Positions 48,794 to 58,514 of a stretch of 64,000 nt of DNA are shown here, piece by piece (position 1 is the first letter of the stretch; every line of letters starts with the position of its first letter). The stretch is from positions 1 through 64,000 of IMG/VR virus record IMGVR_UViG_3300011612_000001. One strand, 5' to 3'. The DNA comes from an uncultured virus (IMG/VR IMGVR_UViG_3300011612_000001) (Duplodnaviria; Heunggongvirae; Uroviricota; Caudoviricetes). A model generated the notes under the pieces. It saw nothing but the letters and a program-made list of their open reading frames with translations. It did no database searches and had not been told where the DNA came from. Both the position numbers and the translations under genes were made by a program.

Positions 48794-48801
48794 TTTTCAC
48801 C

Positions 48802-48984
48802 TCAGAATGGCATTTCATCGCCAAGGAAATCGCACTTGTTAATCCGCTCAACGCGGGCCATATCCAGACAGTGGCGCTTCATTTGTTTATTGCCATCCTT
48901 GCGCCAGTAAAGAGCCTCGATAACGTGGTATTTCCGCTTCAGCCGGCTAAGCTCCGGTGTTCTTGCTGGAGTTACGGGGATCAT
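48802..48984 (-). CDS. Hypothetical protein
   Basis: 60 aa, GGAGG SD. Confidence 0.5.
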   Translation of the reverse strand: MIPVTPARTPELSRLKRKYHVIEALYWRKDGNKQMKRHCLDMARVERINKCDFLGDEMPF

Positions 48985-49081
48985 GATTCCTCCTTTTCTG
49001 GCTCGGGTGATTTCTCTGGTGCGTCAAGGTCTTTCATCAGGCGAATGAGCGCATCGTCTGACCAGTCTTTAACAGGCGTAT

Positions 49082-49225
49082 TCATTTCTTTCTCCGGTAC
49101 CACGGAATATTCACCGCTTTGCGAATTTGCTCGTAGGCCGACATCCACATAACGCCGTCACCCAAATAACGGGCAATAACGGCTTTGTTCTGGGCTGCTT
49201 TAAGTGCAGCGTGGTTTATTTGCAT
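49082..49225 (-). CDS. kil: Kil-like division inhibitor
   Basis: AAQNKAVIARYLGDGVMW resembles lambda Kil; overlaps cIII-like gene. Confidence 0.65.
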   Translation of the reverse strand: MQINHAALKAAQNKAVIARYLGDGVMWMSAYEQIRKAVNIPWYRRKK

Positions 49226-49344
49226 AACGACCTCAACTGGCACATTGCGGCGCGGATAAGCTGGCGAACTTTGCGGTGTAATTCAGATTCAGGCGGGTAA
49301 TAAGCGGACATGACGCCGCTTCCCGCGAGGCTAAGGTGCATCAT
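49216..49344 (-). CDS. cIII: CIII-like protein
   Basis: LAGSGVMSAYYPPESELHRKVRQLIRAA; position in pL operon. Confidence 0.7.
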   Translation of the reverse strand: MMHLSLAGSGVMSAYYPPESELHRKVRQLIRAAMCQLRSLCK

Positions 49345-49427
49345 GGGTAGGTTCCTTTGGTTGTGTGATTGCATAACTAAGCCGCCTCGGCGAGGCGACT
49401 GAGGTATGAAAAACCCGCCGTAGCGGG

Positions 49428-49688
49428 TTAAATGTCTGTAAGTTGGTAGTCGCAAATCATCTCACAACCACTTTTGTCGTCTTCATCTCGGGGGCGTAGC
49501 CCTACCTGCTGAGAATCCTGCTTAATCTCACCCCAGCAGACCTGACCAACTTCATCCGGCCAACCGTCAGCCGCCTCCCCACGGTAGTAATCAATAGCTT
49601 CTTCAGCCGCTGCCTTCGCCTCTTCGGCTGTCTTATACGTTTCGAACCCGTTATCCGGGTCAAACATGAAAAATCTGTAAACTTCCAT
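49428..49688 (-). CDS. Hypothetical acidic phage protein
   Basis: MEVYRFFMFDP..GWPDEVGQVCWG. Confidence 0.55.
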   Translation of the reverse strand: MEVYRFFMFDPDNGFETYKTAEEAKAAAEEAIDYYRGEAADGWPDEVGQVCWGEIKQDSQQVGLRPRDEDDKSGCEMICDYQLTDI

Positions 49689-50137
49689 ACCCTTACCCTC
49701 TGTAGTTACCCGATTATTCGGGATTGTTTGCATGTGGCTAATGGCTGATTAACCATTACTCAGATGCAGCTAAAAAAATGCCCGACATTAAGCCGGGCAA
49801 ATAAACATCAAGGGATGATTTCTCAATCTAACCAGACAGGTCTTCGTCTCCTGACTGATTACGAGCGATATTGCTCGGTGTATCCACTCAGAAGAATGAA
49901 TACACAGCGCTTAATCGATATTTTCTATCACTCACCTCTGTTAACGTTGCTAATAAAAAAGGCCGCCTAAGCGACCTGAGACTCCCATTTGCGGGCATTA
50001 CATCGGTTCATCCATGCCAGCTTTACGTATAAGCCGTGACTTACACCATCACGCACTGCCGCCCTGCATTTTTCGCGATAATGCCGGTAATCCTCGCGGC
50101 ATTCATTGGCAAATTCAGACGCCGTACCTTTCATCAG

Positions 50138-50410
50138 CTACCTCGCTGTAACATTATTTGATTTACGATATCCCGCGCTGTACATCGCTACTTCTGGCAG
50201 GCAGCATGAGCCTTCATAGCGCTGAACCTGTGAAGTGATAGTCACCACCTCAGCCCGCATTGTTGGCTTGCGCTTGCACTGCAACTCAACACGCGCCGGC
50301 GTAGGGCGATGCATCACTTCTGAGCTGATAGCGGCTTCACTCTGAAGGTGAGCACGGCGCTCACGTCTACGAGCTGCCGACGAACCGTTAAATGCTGTTC
50401 TGCGTGACAT
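50138..50410 (-). CDS. N: Antitermination protein N
   Basis: Arginine-rich motif AARRRERRA; downstream of nutL. Confidence 0.8.
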   Translation of the reverse strand: MSRRTAFNGSSAARRRERRAHLQSEAAISSEVMHRPTPARVELQCKRKPTMRAEVVTITSQVQRYEGSCCLPEVAMYSAGYRKSNNVTAR

Positions 50411-50518
50411 AGATACCTCCTGAGTGAACTTTGGTGATGCGATGCCAGGCGCTTATCTTCTGGTTGTCTCGATGGACTGCAATTCGTCGCATCCCAAAGC
50501 ACACGCTTTGGTACTAAT

Positions 50519-50566
50519 TGGCTTTGCAGCCACGTAGGTGAATCCATCACCGTTGTAGAAAGAGCG
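50519..50566 (-). promoter_or_regulatory. nutL
   Basis: boxA CGCTCTTT and boxB TGGCTGCAAAGCCA; matches nutR. Confidence 0.75.
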
Positions 50567-50611
50567 TGTCATCCGTTTCGTTTTCGCCAGCGTCCTGCTG
50601 ATGAAATCAGT

Positions 50612-50679
50612 ATACGCATCGTAAACTTTATTGCAATACGATATGTATACTTTTTTGATGCATTGAATACGTATTGTTG
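50612..50679. promoter_or_regulatory. OL operators
   Basis: ATAC-N5-GTAT-like sites at 50612, 50636, 50667; 50636 is identical to 52712. Confidence 0.7.
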
Positions 50680-50765
50680 ATTTGTATGGATATTTATTTT
50701 TGTAAATGCCTTATCAATCCACCTGTGATAGCTTGTGATGGTCAAAATCTGATCGAGGAAAGGCT

Positions 50766-50975
50766 ATGAATCTGGACGAGGATCGCGTGAACATGATGGT
50801 TGCAGCTATGGGGCGGGCGATTATGGAGCTATCTATCGCCAATCAGCCGATAACTCAGGAAGCTGTCGTTGAAAAGCTGGAGCAGTATCGAAAAGAGACG
50901 GGGAACGTGATTGGGAAAGGTGTTAACAGGGATGCAGCGGAGATAGTGCGAAAGGGAAGTGCTGCGATTGACTAA
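50766..50975 (+). CDS. Hypothetical protein in immunity region
   Basis: 69 aa, convergent with BstA-like gene across a terminator. Confidence 0.55.
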   Translation: MNLDEDRVNMMVAAMGRAIMELSIANQPITQEAVVEKLEQYRKETGNVIGKGVNRDAAEIVRKGSAAID

Positions 50976-51012
50976 TGGGCAATAAAAAACCCGGCACGCT
51001 GGCCGGGTTATA

Positions 51013-51933
51013 TTAATGTGTTTTAGGTAGCTGGGGTCTCATAACTGCTTCTATTATTCTTTCTGCGTCGATCTGTGGCAATGCCCCTTCTGCCGATTTC
51101 TTAACAAGGTAGTTACCCAGTCTATTTGGTATATAGTCAATTTGCATCCACCTGCGGAATTCACCCAATGCATCATCAGGGTAAATCCACGCCTCTACAG
51201 CACCAGCTTTATGTTGAGGAAACCAATCTGGATAGACGTGAGGGTGCTTGGTTCTAGCGCCATATTTAGCATCAAAATCGCTTTTAACCCAATGTTTTGA
51301 CCACATAGTCCCGACGCTGATATCTGGTATTGCTGATGGCCCAAAATCGAAATTACGCTTAACCATTTTTAAGGATAGGTCTGCCATTTCTCGAAAAACT
51401 GAAAAGTATCCAAATGGCACTTGATCATTCATAAGCAGGCGCTCATGGAAGCACTCTAGGGCTCCCCTCTGAGGGTTGTCTGGATCAATACCAACACTTA
51501 GATAAATAAACCTTCTTAACTGTGATCCGGCTAACTTTCTAAAATTGTCTTGAGCGGTCTCTTGGCCTAAATGATTTGCCTCAAAAGCGTAATACTCAAG
51601 AATTGCCATGCAGACAGAATCAGGGAATATATTTGCCTCGGTTCCCTGGATGATACCCTTGGTATAAAGATACTGAAGATTGAGGCCGTTTTTCTTAAGT
51701 AGGGCATCTACAATCTGGCCTCTTGGCTTTGTCCTCTCCTCCTGCCAATTCGATGTAAATCGCAGAAGAGGAGCGTGGTCAACGCCACACAACCTAGCTA
51801 AACCGCGGAGAGTTAAGAATGGTGAACCGTCATTCATCACCCCCATTTGAACACCATCAATATCGGCTTCCTTGACTGGGTATAGCTCAAGGTTAATCTG
51901 TTGCCCTGATAGAACCAAATCTAGATTATCCAT
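51013..51933 (-). CDS. bstA: BstA-like abortive-infection protein
   Basis: 306 aa directly downstream of cI on the same strand; KilA-N-like start (MGVMNDGSPFLTLRGLARLCGV); size and position match BstA. Confidence 0.65.
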   Translation of the reverse strand: MDNLDLVLSGQQINLELYPVKEADIDGVQMGVMNDGSPFLTLRGLARLCGVDHAPLLRFTSNWQEERTKPRGQIVDALLKKNGLNLQYLYTKGIIQGTEANIFPDSVCMAILEYYAFEANHLGQETAQDNFRKLAGSQLRRFIYLSVGIDPDNPQRGALECFHERLLMNDQVPFGYFSVFREMADLSLKMVKRNFDFGPSAIPDISVGTMWSKHWVKSDFDAKYGARTKHPHVYPDWFPQHKAGAVEAWIYPDDALGEFRRWMQIDYIPNRLGNYLVKKSAEGALPQIDAERIIEAVMRPQLPKTH

Positions 51934-51978
51934 ATGAATTAATTACCTTTTAATGTGGTGCCCAAATGCGCTTTTTCA

Positions 51979-52644
51979 CTACTCAAAGATATCCTCAGGC
52001 CACTGCGCCTTAACCACCTTGCCGATGATGCGGCAATTCTCGTTACAAGGAATGCTCTCATAGCGCGGGCTAGGGTTAAGCGGTTCCAGCCAGTGCTTAC
52101 CATCATCCCAGGTGTATTTCTTGAATGTGACCTCGGAGTCGCCAAACACGCCTGCGACGCAGAAATCTCCGGCATCCACCTCTTCAGCCGGGTCTACCAA
52201 GATAAGCATTCCTTCCGGGAAGCTGGGGCGCATTCCCTGCGGTGCGGTCATAGAGTGACCCTTCACCTCAAGCCAGAATGCGTCTTTGCTGGCCTTCTTA
52301 GTCGTTGCTACCCACGCCTTTGCATCATTTTCTGTAAACGATCCAACTTCTGAGAACGCTCCAGCCGGAACAGAAGTAAACAGGGGGTATTCATACTGCC
52401 TGGATAAAACAGGCTCTTGCTCATTCTCACCAACGGTAAACGTGCCATCTGAATTGAATGAGGCATCTTTTACGCCGAGATATTTAAAAATGGCTCCGAT
52501 TTCTTGCAGGGTTGGATTGCGGCGTCCATTCAGCCAATGACTAACAGCACCCTTGGTTACACCAATGTGCTCAGCCAGTTTTTCTTGGTTCAAACCAAGC
52601 GCATCAATCCTTTGCTTTGCGATATCGTACCAGTTCATTTTCAT
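51979..52644 (-). CDS. cI: CI repressor (HTH + S24 peptidase)
   Basis: [20 protein letters not shown] site, GHSM and FKK. Confidence 0.92.
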   Translation of the reverse strand: MKMNWYDIAKQRIDALGLNQEKLAEHIGVTKGAVSHWLNGRRNPTLQEIGAIFKYLGVKDASFNSDGTFTVGENEQEPVLSRQYEYPLFTSVPAGAFSEVGSFTENDAKAWVATTKKASKDAFWLEVKGHSMTAPQGMRPSFPEGMLILVDPAEEVDAGDFCVAGVFGDSEVTFKKYTWDDGKHWLEPLNPSPRYESIPCNENCRIIGKVVKAQWPEDIFE

Positions 52645-52653
52645 CCTTAAATT

Positions 52654-52724
52654 ATACGATTCGTATCCTTTTAATCGAGGCACAATTCGTATATTGTTCT
52701 TGCAGGTTTGAATACGATATGTAT
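52654..52724. promoter_or_regulatory. OR operators
   Basis: ATACGATTCGTAT (52654), GCACAATTCGTAT (52680), ATACGATATGTAT (52712). Confidence 0.7.
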
Positions 52725-52747
52725 ACTTAGAGGCAAGGAGGGCCCCT

Positions 52748-52957
52748 ATGAACAACATTCGCACTTTCCGTGAGCGCGTTGGGCTAACGCAGTCTGATTT
52801 AGCAAAGATGGTTGGTTGCACACGCGGTGCAATTTGCCATTACGAAACCGGGCGGCGTGGAATGGATATCGATCTATGCCGAACTTTTATCTCTGCTTTC
52901 AAAAAACACGGCGTAGAAGTTTCTCTGGATGATCTTTTCCCGCCAAAAGCCGCCTAA
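52748..52957 (+). CDS. cro: Cro-like repressor
   Basis: [25 protein letters not shown], divergent from cI. Confidence 0.85.
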   Translation: MNNIRTFRERVGLTQSDLAKMVGCTRGAICHYETGRRGMDIDLCRTFISAFKKHGVEVSLDDLFPPKAA

Positions 52958-52964
52958 GCATCAC

Positions 52965-53010
52965 CGCTCTTTTCACAACGGACATGACGTCCTACGTCGC
53001 TGCAAAGCGA
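52965..53010 (+). promoter_or_regulatory. nutR
   Basis: boxA CGCTCTTT and boxB TCGCTGCAAAGCGA. Confidence 0.75.
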
Positions 53011-53090
53011 ATCCCAAATCAATAAACAACTATGCGTCACCCGTTATGGGTGTGCGCTCATTAACTATTCACTAAAGGGAAGTATCAACG

Positions 53091-53372
53091 ATGGATCACG
53101 CAAGTAACAGCAAGCTCTCACAGCGAGATATTGACCGGGCAGAAACAGATTTGCTCATCAACCTCTCAACCGTCACACAACGCGGCCTGGCAAAGATGGT
53201 CGGTTGCCATGAGTCGAAGATAAGCCGGACGGACTGGCGCTTTATTGCGGCGGTTCTGTGTGCGTTTGGGATGGACTCGGATATCAGTCCTATCAGTCGT
53301 GCATTCAGGCATGCACTGGAAGGGCTTACAAATGAAAAACCCCAACCGAGCGGTCACTCGATTAGGGCTTAA
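53091..53372 (+). CDS. cII: CII-like activator
   Basis: QRGLAKMVGCHESKISR; position after cro. Confidence 0.85.
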   Translation: MDHASNSKLSQRDIDRAETDLLINLSTVTQRGLAKMVGCHESKISRTDWRFIAAVLCAFGMDSDISPISRAFRHALEGLTNEKPQPSGHSIRA

Positions 53373-53451
53373 AACACTGTGTTACGCCAACACAATCAAC
53401 ACTGAAATTATGCCTGGAATAACTGGATATGTAAACAGTTAGGGAGGGGGA

Positions 53452-53736
53452 ATGGACAGCTACGACTTCAACGTTCAAGTCCAGATGCCTTCAAGTTTCC
53501 ATCCCGATGACGAGAAATGGATACGCGAAATGCTACTCCATCTCGACCCGTCAACGAGAAACAAAATCACCTCGAAATACGGCGAAGTTTTCCAGTCCGA
53601 GTGGGAAATGGAGCCGATTTCCTACAAAAAAAACAACATGGCCCGACACGATGCAAACACCAGGCTGAGGGAATTTGTTCGCAAATATGCGGCTTTCAGT
53701 CGTGGGTATGTCTCAGAGCCTGAGCGACTGGAATAG
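53452..53736 (+). CDS. Hypothetical protein
   Basis: 94 aa, strong SD. Confidence 0.6.
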   Translation: MDSYDFNVQVQMPSSFHPDDEKWIREMLLHLDPSTRNKITSKYGEVFQSEWEMEPISYKKNNMARHDANTRLREFVRKYAAFSRGYVSEPERLE

Positions 53737-53999
53737 CACAAGCCAGGAACACAAGCCAAAAGGCAAGTTCTTCTCTGGCTAGTGTTGCGGAGGCGGGAAC
53801 AGCACAGGGCTGAAGGTCAACTTCAGGGTCAAGTTCAAGGGAAGCCCGAGTCTTCGAGTACTCCACCTAAGGATAAGGAGAGGGTAATTCAACTTTTCCT
53901 TATAAAACATCAATTTAAGCAACATCAAAACGACAGGGTTTGTCGCCTAAGCCGACAACCTTTGTCGTATTCTTTTAAATCATGCACTTACGGTGAAAT

Positions 54000-54443
54000 A
54001 TGAGCGGATTTTCACGAATATTCCGGCGTCATGAACTATTTCGAAGGATTTCCGGACTGTCTCCAGTCGCAATTGAGCTTTACGGATACCTCATCGAGAA
54101 ATGTGACTGGCGGCTTGGAAGGCATGTTGCCAGTACATCGCAATTGGCCCTGGAGTTGAATGTTTCTGAGCGAAGTATTCAGAGAGCAAACAAAGAGCTT
54201 GAGGCAGTGAGCTTACTCAAGGTGAAGCGGGGTATCTACGCGATTAACCCGGAGTTCGCATGGGGAGGGCGTAGCTGGAATATCCCTAAGGCGGCTTATC
54301 ACAGCATCAACGCTAAAACGGCGCAGGTAATCAGCTTTGCCGAAGCATCACAGGCACTGAGCGAGGAATCTGCGGAGAGGGCCGGGCGTGAAACCTTGAG
54401 GGAGATTTCAGCCCGGAAACGTAAGGGGAATCAAACGTGTTAA
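54000..54443 (+). CDS. wHTH replication protein
   Basis: STSQLALELNVSERSIQRA..YAINP. Confidence 0.7.
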   Translation: MSGFSRIFRRHELFRRISGLSPVAIELYGYLIEKCDWRLGRHVASTSQLALELNVSERSIQRANKELEAVSLLKVKRGIYAINPEFAWGGRSWNIPKAAYHSINAKTAQVISFAEASQALSEESAERAGRETLREISARKRKGNQTC

Positions 54444-56074
54444 ATATTAACCCAAAAGAAAAGCAAGTTACAGCGCTCAACATGCTGCGCTCTAACTGGA
54501 AGCAGCACCGGACAATGCTACTGTCCGCCAGCGTTGGTTTTGGTAAAACGGCAATAGCGGCGTTTATCGCTGACGGGCTGGTAAGCCGCGGAATGCGGGT
54601 GATGTTTCTGGCTCCGTATACCGTTCTGCTCGACCAGACTGCAACACGCTTTGTTGAGTATGGGCTACCGGCTGAGGAAATCGGCTACGTCTGGCGCAAT
54701 CATCCGCTCTACGACCCGGAAAAGCTGATTCAGATTGCCAGCGCCGACACGCTGATCCGACGAAATTTTCCTGACAATCTGGATTTGCTGATTGTCGATG
54801 AAGCCCACCTTCGCCGCAAAAAGTTACTCGAAATCATCCGTGATACAGACATTCGCGTTGTCGGACTGTCAGGCACCCCATTTGCGCCGTGGATGGGGAA
54901 TTACTACGAAAAGCTGATTAAGCCGACCACGATGAAAGAGCTGATCAGCATCGGAGACCTGAGCGGATATGAGTTTTACGCGCCGGATCATCCCGATGTC
55001 AGCGGCGTCAAAACATCAAACCTTGCTGCGTTTGGCCGGGACTACAACGAAGACCAGTTAGCCGAAATCATGGGCGACTCAACGCTGGTAGGGAACATCG
55101 TGAAAAACTGGCTTGAGCACGGAGAGGACAGGCCGACAGTTTGCTTTTGTGTCAACGTCAAACACGCCAACTACGTCACGATGGAGTTCGTTAAGGCCGG
55201 GGTTAACGCAGAAGTAATGACCGCTGATACGCCCCACGACGAACGTCAGTACATCATCAACCGGTTCGAAACAGGCGCGACCAAAATCATCGTCAACGTT
55301 GGCGTACTGGTCGCGGGATTCGACAGTGACGTTCGCTGCATAATTTATGCCCGCCCCACTCAGTCAGAAATTCGATGGGTGCAGTGCCTTGGCCGGGGGC
55401 TGAGAACTGCGAAAGGGAAAGACAAATGCCTGATATTCGACCACAGCGGCAGCGTTCATCAGCTTGGATTTCCCGACGAAATTGAATATGACGAACTACC
55501 TGACAGTAGCGACGGCATGAAGCAGCAGGGTAATAACTTCCAGCAGAAAAAAGCCGAGAAGAAACCGAAAGAATGTTCGTCCTGCCACTACATGAAACCA
55601 GCAGGTGTCTACGTATGCCCCAAGTGCGGATTTAAACCGCTGGCCGGAGAAAATGTTGACGTTGATGAAAGCCGTGAACTGACAAAAATGAACGGGAAAG
55701 AGAAAATTTATTCCCGTGAAGAAAAGCAGTCCTGGTGGTCACAGATTAAGTTTTATCAGCGTCAGCGGGAGGAAACAGGAAAGCCGATTTCAGATGGATG
55801 GTGTGCGCACACCTTCAAGAAGAAATTTGGCGTATGGCCGCGTAACCTCCACGACACCCCGGTAGAAATCACACCAGAAGTCAGCAACTACATCCGCTCA
55901 AAACAAATCGCCTGGGCAAAAACTCAGGAGAAACACCAGAAAAAATCCGAACCCGAGCCAGAACCAAGCCAGTTGTCTACAGCGCTGGGTATTGTCCGGG
56001 ATATCAGAGAACAGTTAGCCAATCGGAGATCGCAAGATGAATCCGCAAGAATTGAAACGAATATTACATTATGA
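54437..56074 (+). CDS. SF2 DEAH helicase with Zn finger
   Basis: GFGKT, DEAH, SGT, QCLGRGLR, CxxC..CxxC. Confidence 0.9.
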   Translation: MLNINPKEKQVTALNMLRSNWKQHRTMLLSASVGFGKTAIAAFIADGLVSRGMRVMFLAPYTVLLDQTATRFVEYGLPAEEIGYVWRNHPLYDPEKLIQIASADTLIRRNFPDNLDLLIVDEAHLRRKKLLEIIRDTDIRVVGLSGTPFAPWMGNYYEKLIKPTTMKELISIGDLSGYEFYAPDHPDVSGVKTSNLAAFGRDYNEDQLAEIMGDSTLVGNIVKNWLEHGEDRPTVCFCVNVKHANYVTMEFVKAGVNAEVMTADTPHDERQYIINRFETGATKIIVNVGVLVAGFDSDVRCIIYARPTQSEIRWVQCLGRGLRTAKGKDKCLIFDHSGSVHQLGFPDEIEYDELPDSSDGMKQQGNNFQQKKAEKKPKECSSCHYMKPAGVYVCPKCGFKPLAGENVDVDESRELTKMNGKEKIYSREEKQSWWSQIKFYQRQREETGKPISDGWCAHTFKKKFGVWPRNLHDTPVEITPEVSNYIRSKQIAWAKTQEKHQKKSEPEPEPSQLSTALGIVRDIREQLANRRSQDESARIETNITL

Positions 56075-56525
56075 TCCTGAATCAGGAGTTTTCGTTTGGA
56101 AAGTTAAACCAAGCATGATAGTCGATTCTGGTGATATTGCTGGAACCATATGCACTGACGGATACATAAATATTTTAATAAAGCGAAAAAGATATAAGGC
56201 ACACCGATTGGCATTTTTATATATGACTGGAGAGTTTCCTGAATATGTAGACCATATCAACGGAATACGTGATGACAATCGATGGAATAATTTACGGGAA
56301 TGCAACAGAAAGCAGAATGCGCAAAATGCAAAACTTAGAACAGATAATTCAAGCGGGATAAAAGGCGTGTACTGGCATTCGCGTGCCAAAAAATGGGCAG
56401 CGCAAGCAAGGATGGATGGTAAAACAAAAATCATAGGATATTTCACAGACATAAACGAAGCGATATTAGCAAGGACAGAGTTCGTGAATAAAAACTATGA
56501 CAAGAGGTTTTATCGTGAACACTAA
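56037..56525 (+). CDS. HNH-AP2 endonuclease
   Basis: AHRLAF..DHINGIRDDNRWNNLR..SGIKGV. Confidence 0.88.
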   Translation: MNPQELKRILHYDPESGVFVWKVKPSMIVDSGDIAGTICTDGYINILIKRKRYKAHRLAFLYMTGEFPEYVDHINGIRDDNRWNNLRECNRKQNAQNAKLRTDNSSGIKGVYWHSRAKKWAAQARMDGKTKIIGYFTDINEAILARTEFVNKNYDKRFYREH

Positions 56526-57492
56526 ACTAAAGACAGTCGAAGCAGTCCGGGGTCGCTGGCCTGAAATCTTCCAGCATTACGACTTACCACCAGTGACAGG
56601 GAAGAATCACTTCAAGGGAGAGTGCCCTGTCTGCGGAAGGAAAGGGAAATTCAGGATAGATAACAAGGATGGCAGGGGGGAATGGATTTGCACCTGCGGC
56701 GCTGGCGACGGATGGAAACTACTGGAATTAACGCAGGAAAAGGACTTTAAAACGCTCGCCAGAGAAATCGATCAGTTAATCGGCAACACCTACCAGCCTC
56801 AAACACAGCAGACAAAGCCCGCGCCAGTACAGGATTATCGAAGCCGGGTCATCACAAAGTTTTCAACCCTTACCCCATTGCGAGAGACGGCGGCCCAGCA
56901 ATATTTCGCCAGTCGCGGCATCCATGAACTACCGGCAACGCACATTCGTTTCAACTGTGAAGAAAAAACCAGCGATGGTGTTTTCCAGTCAGTGTGGGCG
57001 GTGGCTACGGATGATAAGGGCGCGGGCTGCTATCTTCACCGCACCTTCCTGGCTGACGGCAAGAAAGCAGCAATCCAAGCCAGCAAGAAAATGACCAAAC
57101 TACAGGATGACGGTTATCTGAACTTTACCGGCTCGGTAGCTATCAGGATGTTCCCGGTTTCAACAACGCTGGGTGTTGCGGAAGGTATCGAGACAGCACT
57201 GTCCTGCAAGCAGATTTACGGATGCAACACCTGGTCAACCCTGAACAGCGGATTTCTTCGCAAGTTCCGGGCACCGAAAGGCGTAAAGCACCTGATCATC
57301 TTTGCTGACAGCGACGCCAACGGCGCGGGACTGGCAGCGGCGTTTGAGTGCGGGCACCGCAATATCCTCAGCAACAACGATGTAGAAATGGTAAGTGTTC
57401 GCTGGCCGGAGTTCGGCATGGATTTTAACGACATGCTTCAGCATGGCTCAAAAGTATTTCAGCAGCAACTTTATCGAAAAGACGCTGCGTGA
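56515..57492 (+). CDS. Primase (Zn finger + Toprim)
   Basis: CPVCG..CTC, AEGIETA, FADSD, DFND. Confidence 0.88.
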   Translation: MNTKLKTVEAVRGRWPEIFQHYDLPPVTGKNHFKGECPVCGRKGKFRIDNKDGRGEWICTCGAGDGWKLLELTQEKDFKTLAREIDQLIGNTYQPQTQQTKPAPVQDYRSRVITKFSTLTPLRETAAQQYFASRGIHELPATHIRFNCEEKTSDGVFQSVWAVATDDKGAGCYLHRTFLADGKKAAIQASKKMTKLQDDGYLNFTGSVAIRMFPVSTTLGVAEGIETALSCKQIYGCNTWSTLNSGFLRKFRAPKGVKHLIIFADSDANGAGLAAAFECGHRNILSNNDVEMVSVRWPEFGMDFNDMLQHGSKVFQQQLYRKDAA

Positions 57493-57534
57493 CAGGGCCA
57501 CTTACACAGTGGCCTTTTTATTTGGAGATAAATC

Positions 57535-57828
57535 GTGAAAGTAAAAACATCAGAGCAGGAAGAGTCACGGAAACAGTTTGAGGCGTGGATTACACAATGG
57601 TGGCCACAGGTGAAAGGTAATATTTGTCGTGATGGTGACAGTTATTCGAATCATTTTATGAACTACGCATGGGAAGGTTGGCAGGAAAGCAGGCGGGCCA
57701 TTGCGGTAAACCTCGGAAAGCCGATTTATGTGAAGCATAACGGTGACTATATCCATGCATGGCCAGCTTATAACGTTGATATAGCCATCCGCGCCGCTGG
57801 TCTTACAGTAAAAGGAGACAGCAAGTGA
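57535..57828 (+). CDS. Hypothetical phage protein
   Basis: SRKQFEAW..AWEGWQESR. Confidence 0.6.
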   Translation: MKVKTSEQEESRKQFEAWITQWWPQVKGNICRDGDSYSNHFMNYAWEGWQESRRAIAVNLGKPIYVKHNGDYIHAWPAYNVDIAIRAAGLTVKGDSK

Positions 57829-58043
57829 GCGAGTTGAAACCTTGTCCATTTTGCGGTGGGCATGTGGAGACTTTTACGACTGACGGAACTGAAGTTGGCA
57901 CCTATTGGTATTGGGCGGAGTGCTGGGTTTGTGAAAGCAGGTCAGGACTCCATGAAACCGCAGAGAAAGCAGCAGAGGCATGGAATCAGAGGGTCAGCCA
58001 TGAAGCAAACATACCTGCTTCGCAACGAAGCAATCAGAAATAA
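57825..58043 (+). CDS. Lar-like restriction alleviation protein
   Basis: LKPCPFCGG..CxxC..AAEAWNQR. Confidence 0.7.
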   Translation: MSELKPCPFCGGHVETFTTDGTEVGTYWYWAECWVCESRSGLHETAEKAAEAWNQRVSHEANIPASQRSNQK

Positions 58044-58068
58044 CGCAGGAGGTTTGATTGCAATTTGA
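58000..58068 (+). pseudogene. NinB N-terminal stub
   Basis: MKQTYLLRNEAIRNNA then runs into the RBS of the next gene. Confidence 0.55.
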
Positions 58069-58507
58069 ACTGGTGAAACATCCGGGCGGCGTTTTTTCTC
58101 CAGCACACGATATTGACCTCGAACGACTCCAGCGATTCAAAAACGGCGAGATGTACACCGCCGAAATAAAGCTAACCCGCAATCCTCAACTTCACCGCAA
58201 GGTATTGGCCTTCTTTAGATTCTGTTTTCAGTACTGGAATGCAGACAAAGCAGGGCTCAGCAATGCCGATGAAAGAACTCAGTTCAACCGATTCCGGAAA
58301 GACCTGACGATACTGGCTGGCTTCTACGACACGGTTGTGAATATTCGCGGAGAGGTGAGGGCTGAGGCGAAGAGCATCGCTTACGCCAACATGCAGCAGG
58401 ATGAGTTCGAGGAGCTATACAACGCATTGATAAACGCGGCCATAAAACACGTGTTTGGACGCACAACTGATCCAAACATTCTCAACCAGCTTTACAGTTT
58501 CTTTTGA
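58058..58507 (+). CDS. DUF1367-family protein
   Basis: RNPQLHRK..SIAYANMQQDEFEELY. Confidence 0.75.
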   Translation: MQFELVKHPGGVFSPAHDIDLERLQRFKNGEMYTAEIKLTRNPQLHRKVLAFFRFCFQYWNADKAGLSNADERTQFNRFRKDLTILAGFYDTVVNIRGEVRAEAKSIAYANMQQDEFEELYNALINAAIKHVFGRTTDPNILNQLYSFF

Positions 58508-58514
58508 GGTGATT

